Below are positions 19,236 through 28,158 of a stretch of DNA of 64,000 nucleotides, one piece after another (the stretch's first letter is position 1; the number at the start of each line of letters is the position of its first letter). Source of the stretch: an uncultured Acidobacteriaceae bacterium (GTDB lineage Bacteria; Acidobacteriota; Terriglobia; Terriglobales; Acidobacteriaceae); NCBI GenBank assembly GCA_963788515.1, contig CAWBGZ010000003.1, positions 830,768 to 894,767 of the forward strand. The letters are read 5' to 3'. The position numbers and the translations under genes are program-made. A model generated the notes under the pieces. The model had not been told where the DNA came from. It made no database searches and saw only the letters and a list, made by a program, of their open reading frames with translations.

Positions 19236-19803
19236 TTGCCGTCGGCACTGCTGCAGCGGCGTCCCGACCTGCAACAGGCGGAGCAAGCACTGGTAGCGGC
19301 CAATGCTAATGTCGGAGTCGCGAAGGCGAACTTCTTTTCCCAGCTTTCCCTCACCGGCGCCTTCGGCGCGCAGAGCACGGCATTAAGCAGCTTTCTGCAG
19401 GGACCGGCTACGTTCTGGTCGGTGGGGGGCGGCGTCGTTCAACCCCTCTTTGAGGGAGGCAGGATCACCGGCGCCTACAAGCTTGCCTGGGCGCAACGCA
19501 ATCAAGCGGAATTAGCCTACAAGCAGGCCGTGCAGCAGGCCTTCGCGGATGTTTCCACCAGCCTGGTGGGCTATCGCCAGTCCCGGCTCTCGAATCAAGC
19601 TGCAGGAGCAGACAGCCACCTATCAGGAAACGGCACGGCTGGCCAACGTCCGGTTTACCGGAGGGTATACCAGCTTTTTAGAGGTGCTGTATACGGAGCA
19701 ACAGTACTTCACCTCCGAATTGAGCCTGACGCAAGCCTGGTATGCGGAGATGCAAAACTACGCCCACTTGTACCAGGCGCTGGGTGGCAGCTGGGAACAA
19801 TAG
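19236..19803 (+). pseudogene. Outer-membrane factor (OprM/NodT family) gene, 3' half only, with one frameshift
   Basis: LLQRRPDLQQAEQALVAANANVGVAKANFFSQLSLTGAFG...LVGYRQSR. A frameshift near 19585 leads to KLQEQTATYQETARLANVRFTGGYTSFLEVLYTEQQYF...LYQALGGSWEQ. Confidence 0.75.
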
Positions 19804-19829
19804 CGTCACCGCGACGCTCCCATGGAAGG

Positions 19830-19849
19830 CTGTCAGTAGTGACAGGTGC
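19830..19849. repeat. Intergenic palindrome CTGTCR-N4-YGACAG, copy b (identical 20-mer to copy a)
   Basis: aggCTGTCAGTAGTGACAGgtgc. About 190 nt upstream of the FGE start at 20036. Confidence 0.7.
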
Positions 19850-20035
19850 GCGTCAGGCGTCCAGGGAGTAGCATTCATTGAGGTTTGAGAGAATAGGTGA
19901 GCGCTTCAAGCGGCGGCGAATTTCCCAATGCGAGCCGCTGGATCGTATGATCGGCAGACGCGGCACCGAAGCCGCAAGAATCCATGGGAGCAGGAACGCA
20001 ATGACTCGTGACCATGCTGGAAGAGGCGCAATAGG

Positions 20036-21394
20036 ATGAGCAGCCAGGTGTCTCAAGAGATGACGCAGACCCAGGCGCCGCCCGATATGCTGTGGATTCC
20101 CAGGGGTACGTTCCTGATGGGTTCAGAGGACTTTTACCCCGAGGAAGGCCCCGTCCATGAGGTGAGCGTCGATGGCTTCTGGATGGATCGGCACGTGGTC
20201 ACTAACGAGCAATTCGCGCGCTTCGTCGACGCGACTGGCTACATCACGGTCGCTGAACGTCCGCTGAACCCCGCCGATTTTCCCGGAGCGCCACCCGAGA
20301 ACCTCGTTCCCGGTGCGCTGGTCTTTCAGAAGTCGCGCGGCCCGGTTGATCTGAAGGATTACAGAAACTGGTGGGTTTGGACGCCCGGAACGAGCTGGCG
20401 CCACCCGCGCGGACCGGAGAGCTCCATCGACGACATTCTGCAGCACCCGGCCGTCCATATCGCCTACGAGGACGCCGAAGCCTACGCGCGCTGGGCAGGC
20501 AAAGAGCTGCCCACTGAAACCGAGTGGGAGCGGGCGGCCCGGGGCGGACTGGAGGGCAAGAAATTTACCTGGGGGGATGAACATTTTCCTGGCGGAAAGG
20601 CCATGGCAAATTCCTGGCAGGGCGAATTCCCGTGGCAAAACCTGCTGGTCGACGGCTTTCCAGGCACCTCGCCCGTGGGCTCCTTTCCGGCCAACGGCTA
20701 CGGACTATTTGATATGGCCGGAAATGTATGGGAGTGGACTTCAGACTGGTATGTCCATCACCATGCCAACGAAATCGCCCAGGCTTGTTGCGGGCCGGCG
20801 GTCAACCCACGTATCGCTTCTGCTGACAAGAGCTACGACCCGGCGCAGCCGGCGTTCCGCATTCCACGCCGCGTCGTCAAGGGTGGTTCGCACTTATGCG
20901 CTCCCAACTACTGCCTGCGTTACCGTCCCGCGGCTCGCCAGCCACAGATGATCGACACCGGGATGAGCCACATTGGTTTTCGCTGCATCCTGCGGAAGGC
21001 CGGACTACAAGCACCGAACGTTGCTGTGGAAAGCCCTCAGGAGCAACTGAAACAACCACCAGTACAAAAGCTCAAGAGTTCACTCCAGCGGGTTTTCAAA
21101 GAGTTCAGAATCATGCGGCGGGCTTTGGTGCACCCTCTGGTGCCATGGCATGCGAAAGTAGTCACCGGCTGCGCGGTCCTTTATGTCGTCAGTCCTATTC
21201 AGCTCGTCCCCAACTTTATTCCGATCATCGGGCAGATGGACGACGTACTGGTGGTCACCCTGGGCATCAGATACCTTCGGCGATATGTTCCCCAAAGTGT
21301 TCTCGATGAGTGTGAGAGCCATTCTCACAAACTTCGTAAACCCAAAATCACAGTGAGTCCGGTAACCCACCCGCTTCCGACTTCGCAAGCATAA
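20036..21394 (+). CDS. Formylglycine-generating enzyme (sulfatase-modifying factor) fused to a C-terminal DUF1232 (YkvA-like) membrane domain
   Basis: FGE signatures: MLWIPRGTFLMGS, VTNEQFARFVDATGYITVAE, HPAVHIAYEDAEAYARWAGKELPTETEWERAARGG, GNVWEWTSDWY, VKGGSHLCAPNYCLRYRPAAR. The C-terminal ~100 aa carry AVLYVVSPIQLVPNFIPIIGQMDDVLVV, which is DUF1232-like. Confidence 0.88.
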   Translation: MSSQVSQEMTQTQAPPDMLWIPRGTFLMGSEDFYPEEGPVHEVSVDGFWMDRHVVTNEQFARFVDATGYITVAERPLNPADFPGAPPENLVPGALVFQKSRGPVDLKDYRNWWVWTPGTSWRHPRGPESSIDDILQHPAVHIAYEDAEAYARWAGKELPTETEWERAARGGLEGKKFTWGDEHFPGGKAMANSWQGEFPWQNLLVDGFPGTSPVGSFPANGYGLFDMAGNVWEWTSDWYVHHHANEIAQACCGPAVNPRIASADKSYDPAQPAFRIPRRVVKGGSHLCAPNYCLRYRPAARQPQMIDTGMSHIGFRCILRKAGLQAPNVAVESPQEQLKQPPVQKLKSSLQRVFKEFRIMRRALVHPLVPWHAKVVTGCAVLYVVSPIQLVPNFIPIIGQMDDVLVVTLGIRYLRRYVPQSVLDECESHSHKLRKPKITVSPVTHPLPTSQA

Positions 21395-21423
21395 GCGCTT
21401 GCGCATTCGCTTGATATAAATCT

Positions 21424-23499
21424 TCACTTCGGTATGATTTCGTCAGCGCTGCCTGCGCGCACCCCGCGCAGCGCCCGCCCCACCTCCACGATTTTGGAAT
21501 TGCTCGAGTTGGTCCCCGCGTGCGCGGGACTGAGAATCGTTCTGTAGTTGCCCCATGGTCTGGCCGGAAGGCTGGCTGGGCTGAGTTTGAGAGCCTCGGC
21601 CATGCGCGCCGCTCGTCGTCGTGCTTCCTGACAGGGCCGTTGACGAGCCTTTGTATTGTGATTGTCCCAGGCTGTTAGAGCCGGTGGAGTTCTGCCTTTG
21701 CTGCTTTGCCTGGGCTGTCGCTGTAGACGGGTCCACTGGAGTCCAGCCTCCATCGCTATACTTGCTCCAGTTGCCGTTCGCATCCTTCTTGTAGACGTTG
21801 CCGTCGGCGCCCGCATAGACGTTGTTGCCGTCCCTGCCGAACCATACGGGCCGTAGACCGCGCGGCCAACTCCGTAGAACCCTGTGTAGGGGTTATAAAC
21901 GGCGGCCACGCCATAGGTGTATGGGTAGGGATAATAGACGGGATGCGGTCCGTAATAAACGTAAGGGGGGTAGTAATATCCAGTGCCATAGACGATCGTC
22001 GATCCCACGGCCATCCCCATCACAAACACCCCCAGATAGCCGCTTGAATAACTCGTCTGCACGGTAGTTGGCGTGGGGTTAGAGACAATCACATAAGTGA
22101 CGTTATACATAGGTGAAGCCGGTGGAATGGTGTAGATAACCGGAGGGACTGAATCCGCCGTCTTCCACGGGCCGTTTGGAGTTTGAGCCACAAACCAGAT
22201 GCCCTGGAAGCAAAGGTAATAGAGGTTGCCAGCGCGAATCACTTTGTCCGGCGTGTTCACCGCGTAAAGCATGGAGGTGGTTGGGATGAGCACGAATTGC
22301 GGCGGCCCCGCATAGGAGACTTTCACCGCAGCTTCTGCAGCGGCGCGGCTCACAATGGCCGTCGTCGGTACTTGCGACAGCAACACAGCATCACTCGCCT
22401 GCTGCGTCCCCGGCACGGAAACCAGAACTCCGGAATAGACCTGCCCCGGTGGGATCTTGGCGAAATCAGCGGGGAGGCTATCCCCGGCATATGTCCACGG
22501 ACCGTTCAGGCTGGCAGCACGGAACCAGCGACCGGAAATCAGGACGTAGACCTGGTCATCAGGCATATGCAAAAAAACTTTGCTCTCGGTGTTGCTGGCG
22601 TATTCAAGACTGGTGCCGGGGATTTTCGCGTAGAGGGGTTTACCCCTGAATGCGAGTAACTCCGCTGGCTTATCTGTGAACAAGACGGTCGGAGAAGTTC
22701 CCGTCTGCGCGGTCGGCGGCACTGCCTTCAGGACGTCGTGCCAGTTCTGCTTTGCGGGTAGCTTGGCCATGTCTGGTGGGATCTTGAGCGTGATGGTCCA
22801 CGGTCCCCGCGGCTCCTTTGCCTTGAGCCAGGTCCGGCCACTTAGCAGGTAATAGTCGGAGTTGTCATAGAACAGATCAAAGTTGATATTGACGACGTAT
22901 TGCAGGTTCGTGCCCTGAATGGGAGCCAATACCGGCTTTCCGTCCATGAAAAGCACAATCGCCGGAACGGTGCTGACAAGAATCGTGGGCGCCTTCGTTC
23001 CGGCAGCAACGGAACGTACTGGTTGGTTCAGATGTTCGAGGCTGGCTATCATGCGGGGTAGGCCGATGGTCAGCGTCATGGTCGGATAAATCTGATGCAC
23101 CCGTTTCTGCATGGCTGCCGTCTGAGCCGTGTCGAGGGAAGGGAAGCGCGCATCCATGACCACGATGTTGCTGATGTAAACGGTTTGGGCGCTTTGATCG
23201 GTGATCGTTTGCGCATGCCAGGAGATGACGCCCACGACAGGTTTTTGCCCTTTGTCAGTAACCGAGATTGCTGTGTCGGCGAACAGTTCCCGATATCTTT
23301 GCCAGGCCTTGAGTTGCGGCTGGTAGACAACGACATGCGTCCCGTTCCGATCAAAGACCCTTGGCCAGGATGGCGTAGAGGGCGTCGCACTCATTGAGTT
23401 GCCGGTTGCTGTAGGGGTTTGTTGCGCCGAGCCGGAAATAGAGCCAGTCGCGAGGCACATGGCAATGGCAAGAATCAGAAGACCGCTCAACTTTGCCAA
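21424..23499 (-). CDS. Large secreted repeat protein with Gly-zipper/Tyr-Pro-rich region; C-terminus probably frameshifted
   Basis: A signal peptide is followed by three ~90-aa modules ending in GPWT/GPWK, then GVFVMGMAVGSTIVYGTGYYYPPYVYYGPHPVYYPYPY. After about 21840 the annotated frame becomes Arg/Thr/Ala noise. The neighbouring frame reads DGNNVYAGADGNVYKKDANGNWSKYSDGGW...GGGAGAARGARRQR and stops at 21443. Confidence 0.6.
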   Translation of the reverse strand: MAKLSGLLILAIAMCLATGSISGSAQQTPTATGNSMSATPSTPSWPRVFDRNGTHVVVYQPQLKAWQRYRELFADTAISVTDKGQKPVVGVISWHAQTITDQSAQTVYISNIVVMDARFPSLDTAQTAAMQKRVHQIYPTMTLTIGLPRMIASLEHLNQPVRSVAAGTKAPTILVSTVPAIVLFMDGKPVLAPIQGTNLQYVVNINFDLFYDNSDYYLLSGRTWLKAKEPRGPWTITLKIPPDMAKLPAKQNWHDVLKAVPPTAQTGTSPTVLFTDKPAELLAFRGKPLYAKIPGTSLEYASNTESKVFLHMPDDQVYVLISGRWFRAASLNGPWTYAGDSLPADFAKIPPGQVYSGVLVSVPGTQQASDAVLLSQVPTTAIVSRAAAEAAVKVSYAGPPQFVLIPTTSMLYAVNTPDKVIRAGNLYYLCFQGIWFVAQTPNGPWKTADSVPPVIYTIPPASPMYNVTYVIVSNPTPTTVQTSYSSGYLGVFVMGMAVGSTIVYGTGYYYPPYVYYGPHPVYYPYPYTYGVAAVYNPYTGFYGVGRAVYGPYGSAGTATTSMRAPTATSTRRMRTATGASIAMEAGLQWTRLQRQPRQSSKGRTPPALTAWDNHNTKARQRPCQEARRRAARMAEALKLSPASLPARPWGNYRTILSPAHAGTNSSNSKIVEVGRALRGVRAGSADEIIPK

Positions 23500-23831
23500 A
23501 GGTCCCTCATGAGTGATCGCTTTCTCCTGAATCGTTCAGAATGGTCCTCGCAAAAGCGCCGGCACGCCCCTGGGTGTCCCAGTGGCTTGCCGAGGAGTGT
23601 CATTGGGACCGACCTTAGTGCCAGTCGAGTGTATATCAATGGCAATGAGTTGTGGTGTGTGTTTTGCCTCTCCGGAAATAGGTCAATGCCACAGATCTAA
23701 GCCGAGACGCCAGGGCGCGCCGCATCAGAAAAAGTGGGATGAGCGAGCAGCAAAGCTGGGACCACGGGTCCCGAATCTCTGTTACAGTCCGCGCCTACAT
23801 ACTCTCTTAGCCTTATCCGTGAGATAAGGCT

Positions 23832-23855
23832 ACACCTGTCGCTAGTGACAGGTGT
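23832..23855. repeat. Intergenic palindrome, copy c (extended 9-bp arms)
   Basis: ACACCTGTC-gctagt-GACAGGTGT. About 250 nt upstream of 24101 (plus strand) and about 335 nt upstream of 23499 (minus strand). A 7-bp hairpin CCTTATC-cgtga-GATAAGG lies just before it. Confidence 0.7.
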
Positions 23856-24100
23856 ATGTTCTGCTTCTTGCCAGTACTTTCATGTTGAATCTAAATCGTC
23901 CGGCCGTGACCGGTTCGTAGCTATAGCTGGTGCGGAATACTTCGAGAGGTTGCGCGCGCGGAACTATCGAAAGCGTTCACCACCACAAGCGAAACGGCGG
24001 GCGGTTGTTAGGGGAGACATCGTGCGAAAGCAAGTTTTTGCCGCGATGCCTTGTGTCCAATCAGCGTGACTAACAAGAGCAGACGATGGAGAGAAATCAG

Positions 24101-25081
24101 ATGAAATCAGCGAGAGGCAACTTTACAGGCGCAGGGGCGCAAAGATGGTGCGCGGTCCTGCTTACCATAATATCGTTAGCATCCGTAGCTTATGCACAGA
24201 CGTTCACTTCCGGGCAGAAAGGGAAAGTGAAGGGAACAATCGTGTCCAGAAGCGGAGACCTGATCAAAGTGCAGGACGCGAAAACCGGATCGACGGCAAT
24301 CGTTAAGATCACGGATGATACCAAGATTATCCGCAACAAATCCAAGGTGTCGTTCCACCGTCACGAAGACATGGACGTTACCGCCATGGTGCCTGGCTTG
24401 ACCATCAGTGCCGAGGGCGTAGGCAACGCGAGCAGCCAGCTGGAAGCGACCAAGATCACCTTCTCGCCGGATGAGTTCGCGGTGGAAGTGGCGCAGGAAC
24501 AGCAGATCATGGCCAACAAGTCAGCCGCCGGCCAGGCGCAATCGACGGCCAACCAGGGTGTGACCGCGGCGGGCGCCGCGCAGACCTCGGCAAATCAGGC
24601 GCAAACCTCAGCTAACCAGGCCGGTTCCATGGCCCAGGCAGCCGGTTCCGTGGCGGTGATGAACGCGGCAGCTGTTCAAATGGTGAATAAGCGGGTATCT
24701 GACCTCGACGACTACAAAACAGTGGCCGAAGCTGCGATCTTCTATCCCGTCGGCCAGTACACTTTGGATGACGCTGCCAAGGCGGATCTCGACAAGCTTG
24801 CCGCTCTTGCCTTGTCAACCGACGGCTACATGATTGAGGTCGCGGGCTACGCCTCCAAGACAGGAACGAAAGCGGTGAACCAGCAACTCAGCGAAGATCG
24901 TGCGGCCGCAGCGGCAAACTATCTTCGCAACCACGGGAATATTCCATTGAGGCGGATCCTTGCACCGGCTGGTTACGGCGCCACCCATCCCGACGCCGAG
25001 AATACAGACCCCCAGGGACGAGAGCTCAACCAGCGTGTCGATGTAAAACTAATCGTGAACAAGGGACTGAACGGCGTGTAG
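24101..25081 (+). CDS. OmpA-family protein: N-terminal beta-rich domain, Ala/Gln-rich linker, C-terminal OmpA peptidoglycan-binding domain
   Basis: Start moved to the ATG at 24101 (MKSARGNF...). It has a signal peptide and the linker repeats AQTSANQAQTSANQ. The OmpA_C-like block is YMIEVAGYASKTGTKAVNQQLSEDRAAAAANYL...GYGATHP...NQRVDVKL. Confidence 0.8.
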   Translation: MKSARGNFTGAGAQRWCAVLLTIISLASVAYAQTFTSGQKGKVKGTIVSRSGDLIKVQDAKTGSTAIVKITDDTKIIRNKSKVSFHRHEDMDVTAMVPGLTISAEGVGNASSQLEATKITFSPDEFAVEVAQEQQIMANKSAAGQAQSTANQGVTAAGAAQTSANQAQTSANQAGSMAQAAGSVAVMNAAAVQMVNKRVSDLDDYKTVAEAAIFYPVGQYTLDDAAKADLDKLAALALSTDGYMIEVAGYASKTGTKAVNQQLSEDRAAAAANYLRNHGNIPLRRILAPAGYGATHPDAENTDPQGRELNQRVDVKLIVNKGLNGV

Positions 25082-25243
25082 TTTTGGAATCCGGCCAAGT
25101 TATATGATCTCTCTGAGCAAGATGCGTTGCATAGGGTATTCACCAATCCATACGCGGCGCGTCTTGCTTTGTCTTTAGGATATGGAACGAGCGTTGCCGT
25201 CTTAGCCCGCGTCATATCCCGAACGCAATAGGAGAAAGCAAAC

Positions 25244-25915
25244 ATGACCCTGCCAAGTTTTCCCCAGGTCGACTTGTTCGCCGCCGGCATCAACGCCCTG
25301 AACGGGGTGCTTGTGGCGCGCAATCCGTCGCACAACCGCGGCTACACCCTTGCGGGACTACTGATCATGGCCTACTTCGGAGGAATTGGAGGCGGCGTGT
25401 CGCGTGACCTGCTGCTCAATGACATCCCCGGGCCGCTCCAGGGTCCGGACTATCTGATCGTGTGCCCCCTGATGGGTCTGCTGGGGCTGGCGATTTATCG
25501 CTTCGCCGAATCACAGGAGGAGCGCTTCCGCACCCGGATACTGGCCTACTTCAAGTCGTTCACGCTGCCCTGGTTTGCCATCCTGGGAGCGCATAAAGCG
25601 CTCGATCACAATCTTGGCATCTTCGCCGCGATCGTGGTCGGGCTCATCGCCACCACCGCCGGCGGGGTATTCATCGATCTCTTCTCCGGGGTCACGCCTG
25701 AGATCGTGAGGCCGGCGGAGCAACTCGTTACCTCGGCGCTGCTGGCAAGCACGGTCTACACCTTGATCGCCGTGCATTATAAGACGAGCACCAGCTTCTT
25801 TCCCGTCACACTGGTAGCGGTGCTGGTTTCCTTTGTCTTCCGAGTGTTCGCGGTGCGGGACCACTGGGGGTCGATCGTGCCCCTCGCTGCGGCTCCCCAG
25901 GGCCCGCGCCCGTGA
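25244..25915 (+). CDS. UPF0126/TRIC-type membrane protein (YadS/YicG-like)
   Basis: Seven hydrophobic segments. Diagnostic motif GGIGGGVSRDLLLN in the first half, with a degenerate second repeat (ATTAGGVFIDLF). Confidence 0.75.
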   Translation: MTLPSFPQVDLFAAGINALNGVLVARNPSHNRGYTLAGLLIMAYFGGIGGGVSRDLLLNDIPGPLQGPDYLIVCPLMGLLGLAIYRFAESQEERFRTRILAYFKSFTLPWFAILGAHKALDHNLGIFAAIVVGLIATTAGGVFIDLFSGVTPEIVRPAEQLVTSALLASTVYTLIAVHYKTSTSFFPVTLVAVLVSFVFRVFAVRDHWGSIVPLAAAPQGPRP

Positions 25916-25981
25916 AGGATTCCTGGCCCTTGGCGTCCGAAGTGTACGCTACTCTAGGCCGGAGATCAAAGGAATCTTTCC

Positions 25982-26401
25982 ATGAGCCCAGTTGAACCGA
26001 AAAAAGATAGGGGAACGCTGCTTGCCGAAGAGCGAACGAATCTAGCCTACCAACGCACGATTATCGCAGCAGAGAGAACGCTCATGGCATGGATTCGAAC
26101 CGCTCTTTCAATGATCGGTTTCGGGTTTACGATCTACAAATTCTTCCAATACCAGGCTGATGAAATCGCTTCGGGTAAGATCGCGCGTCCGAACGCACCG
26201 CGCAATCTGGGATTGACTTTTATCGCTGTCGGGACCCTGGCATTGGTAGGCGCAGCCTGGCAGCACCGGCAGTTTTTGAAATCACTTGGGACATCAGAGA
26301 AGAAGCACACGATCTCCATCTCCATCGTTGTGGCGATGGTTGTGGTCCTGATTGGACTGGTCACGTTTTATGGAGTTCTGCTGAAAAGTGGGCCGTTTTA
26401 G
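25982..26401 (+). CDS. DUF202 (YidH-like) small membrane protein
   Basis: LAEERTNLAYQRTIIAAERTLMAWIRTALSMIGFGF plus two further TM helices. Confidence 0.8.
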   Translation: MSPVEPKKDRGTLLAEERTNLAYQRTIIAAERTLMAWIRTALSMIGFGFTIYKFFQYQADEIASGKIARPNAPRNLGLTFIAVGTLALVGAAWQHRQFLKSLGTSEKKHTISISIVVAMVVVLIGLVTFYGVLLKSGPF

Positions 26402-26424
26402 CGCCTTCTTCTATCCAAGGCTGC

Positions 26425-26880
26425 CTATGGGTGCTCGAGCGACCAGACTTTCTGGATGAGAGCAAATAAGAAAGCGGCGGTCAGCCCGAACAGGATCCAT
26501 CCATCCAAAGCCTCAAGCGGCCACATGAGCTGCCAGCCTGGCTCCAGGCGGAGATCAGTGCCCCCTACGGTTGTCATGACGCTCAACGAGTACAACATTG
26601 CCTGCTTCCGGTCGCCGCCCAACGCACCAAGCAGATGGTAAGCGACGGACCACGTCCACGCTTCAACACCATGCAGGCATATGGCGCAAAATGAAGATCC
26701 CCCAACTACCAAGACCGACAGGGTATGGGTGAGACGCTTATTCTGCTCCTCTTTCAGGAGGATACGCAGCCCCCGGCTGAGCAGCCCAAGACCATAGGAG
26801 TGGAAGACTATGGTCAGAAGAATGAGGGGGATACTCCATAGCCAATCGGACCTCCATGGAGCAAGCGGGGCAGAAGTCAT
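26425..26880 (-). CDS. Two-TM pore-loop ion-channel-like protein with a non-canonical filter
   Basis: TM - pore helix - SVMTTVGGTDLRLEP - TM (WILFGLTAAFLFALI). This resembles the K+ channel TVGYGD region but reads TVGGTD. Start is uncertain (ATG 26880 or GTG 26928). Confidence 0.55.
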   Translation of the reverse strand: MTSAPLAPWRSDWLWSIPLILLTIVFHSYGLGLLSRGLRILLKEEQNKRLTHTLSVLVVGGSSFCAICLHGVEAWTWSVAYHLLGALGGDRKQAMLYSLSVMTTVGGTDLRLEPGWQLMWPLEALDGWILFGLTAAFLFALIQKVWSLEHP

Positions 26881-26921
26881 AAGTGAACAATAGTGAACCA
26901 AGGGGAATGCGATCAAGGGAA

Positions 26922-26940
26922 CTGTCACTTACGACAGGTG
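26922..26940. repeat. Intergenic palindrome, copy d
   Basis: ggaaCTGTCACTTACGACAGgtgc. About 105 nt upstream of 27045 (plus strand) and about 42 nt upstream of 26880 (minus strand). Confidence 0.7.
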
Positions 26941-27044
26941 CAACAGTTTGTAATTTGCATAAATTGACTGGCCGACTAGGACTTTTGCTAATGGGCTGAT
27001 CAGCACCGAACTGATAGATTGCCCTTGTGATTTGTGAACAAACG

Positions 27045-28022
27045 ATGATGAAGTTCCGCGTATGTTTATGCACGGCGTTGTTCCTCTTGATGGCGCTTAC
27101 ATCCACCTTAGCTCTGGCGCAACAGAGCAAGCCTCCGGTTGCAGCAGACACACCGATCGCACCGGAGGGAGCGCAGGTTGCCACGGAGCAGACGCCTGCG
27201 GCCGCTGCCAGCACCGATGCCTTGAGGAAAGCGACACAAAACCCGGTTGCCAGTCTCATCAGCGTTCCCATCCAAAACAATAGCAATTTTGGGGTGGCTC
27301 CTGGCGACCGAACCCAGGATGTTCTCAATATTCAGCCTGTCGTGCCATTGAGCCTTACCAAGGACTGGAATCTGGTCATTCGCTGGATCACGCCGATTGT
27401 ATGGCAGCCGCTGCCGAATCAACCATCGGATCCCGAAACAGGGGTCTATGGCTTCGGTGATATGCAGCCGACTTTCTTCCTGGTGCCGAAGAAGACTGGA
27501 AAGTTGATCTGGGGAGGAGGCCCTATCGTTCAGTTGCCCACCGCCACCAGCAAATTCCTTGGGCAAGGGAAGCTGGGGTTAGGGCCGTCTATTGTTCTGC
27601 TGACGCAACCCGGCCCCTGGACGATCGGTGTTTTGGCAAACAACGTGTGGTCCGTGGCAGGTTCAGGCGGCCGTCCGGATGTGAATCAATTTCTAATGCA
27701 GTACTTCATCAACTACAACTTGAAGAAGGGCTGGTATTTGACCACCGCGCCCATTCTTACTGCTAACTGGCGGTCTACCAGCGGAGGCACCTGGACCGTG
27801 CCCTTCGGCGGCGGTGTAGGCAGAATCATGAAACTGGGCTTTCAACCGGTGAACCTCAGCGCAACGTTTTATGGCAACGCAGTCTATCCCACGGGAACTT
27901 CATCTTGGAACATGCGTCTGCAGATCGCGTTTCTGTTCCCCAAGCTGACCAAGGAGCAGGAAATGATGATGATGGAGCAGCGGCTGAAACAGATGAAGGA
28001 TCAGCCAACAAAGCAAAAGTAA
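27045..28022 (+). CDS. Outer-membrane beta-barrel protein (MetA-pathway/'transporter'-like family by recollection)
   Basis: Signal peptide MMKFRVCLCTALFLLMALTSTLALAQQ. Alternating beta-strand pattern, with GFGDMQPTFFL, GLGPSIVLL and NQFLMQYFINYNL. The tail is Met/Gln/Lys-rich. Confidence 0.5.
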   Translation: MMKFRVCLCTALFLLMALTSTLALAQQSKPPVAADTPIAPEGAQVATEQTPAAAASTDALRKATQNPVASLISVPIQNNSNFGVAPGDRTQDVLNIQPVVPLSLTKDWNLVIRWITPIVWQPLPNQPSDPETGVYGFGDMQPTFFLVPKKTGKLIWGGGPIVQLPTATSKFLGQGKLGLGPSIVLLTQPGPWTIGVLANNVWSVAGSGGRPDVNQFLMQYFINYNLKKGWYLTTAPILTANWRSTSGGTWTVPFGGGVGRIMKLGFQPVNLSATFYGNAVYPTGTSSWNMRLQIAFLFPKLTKEQEMMMMEQRLKQMKDQPTKQK

Positions 28023-28158
28023 TATCGTGCCTCGAGGTCGCCGAAGGCGCTTTCGTCCGGTCTGGGGCCGGTTGAGTGATCAGCTCGATTTCGTGGCGAG
28101 ACTACCTGAGTCATCCAAAAGAGAAATGCCGTCGACGATTCGAAGAGCAGCCAGCGCG

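Noticed and set aside
26080-26100. GGATTCGAACC, a tRNA T-arm-like string (also GGATTCGAACT near 32800)
   Set aside because: Both lie inside a coding or remnant frame (MAWIRTAL of the DUF202 gene; the catalase-like remnant). No acceptor or anticodon stems can be drawn around them.
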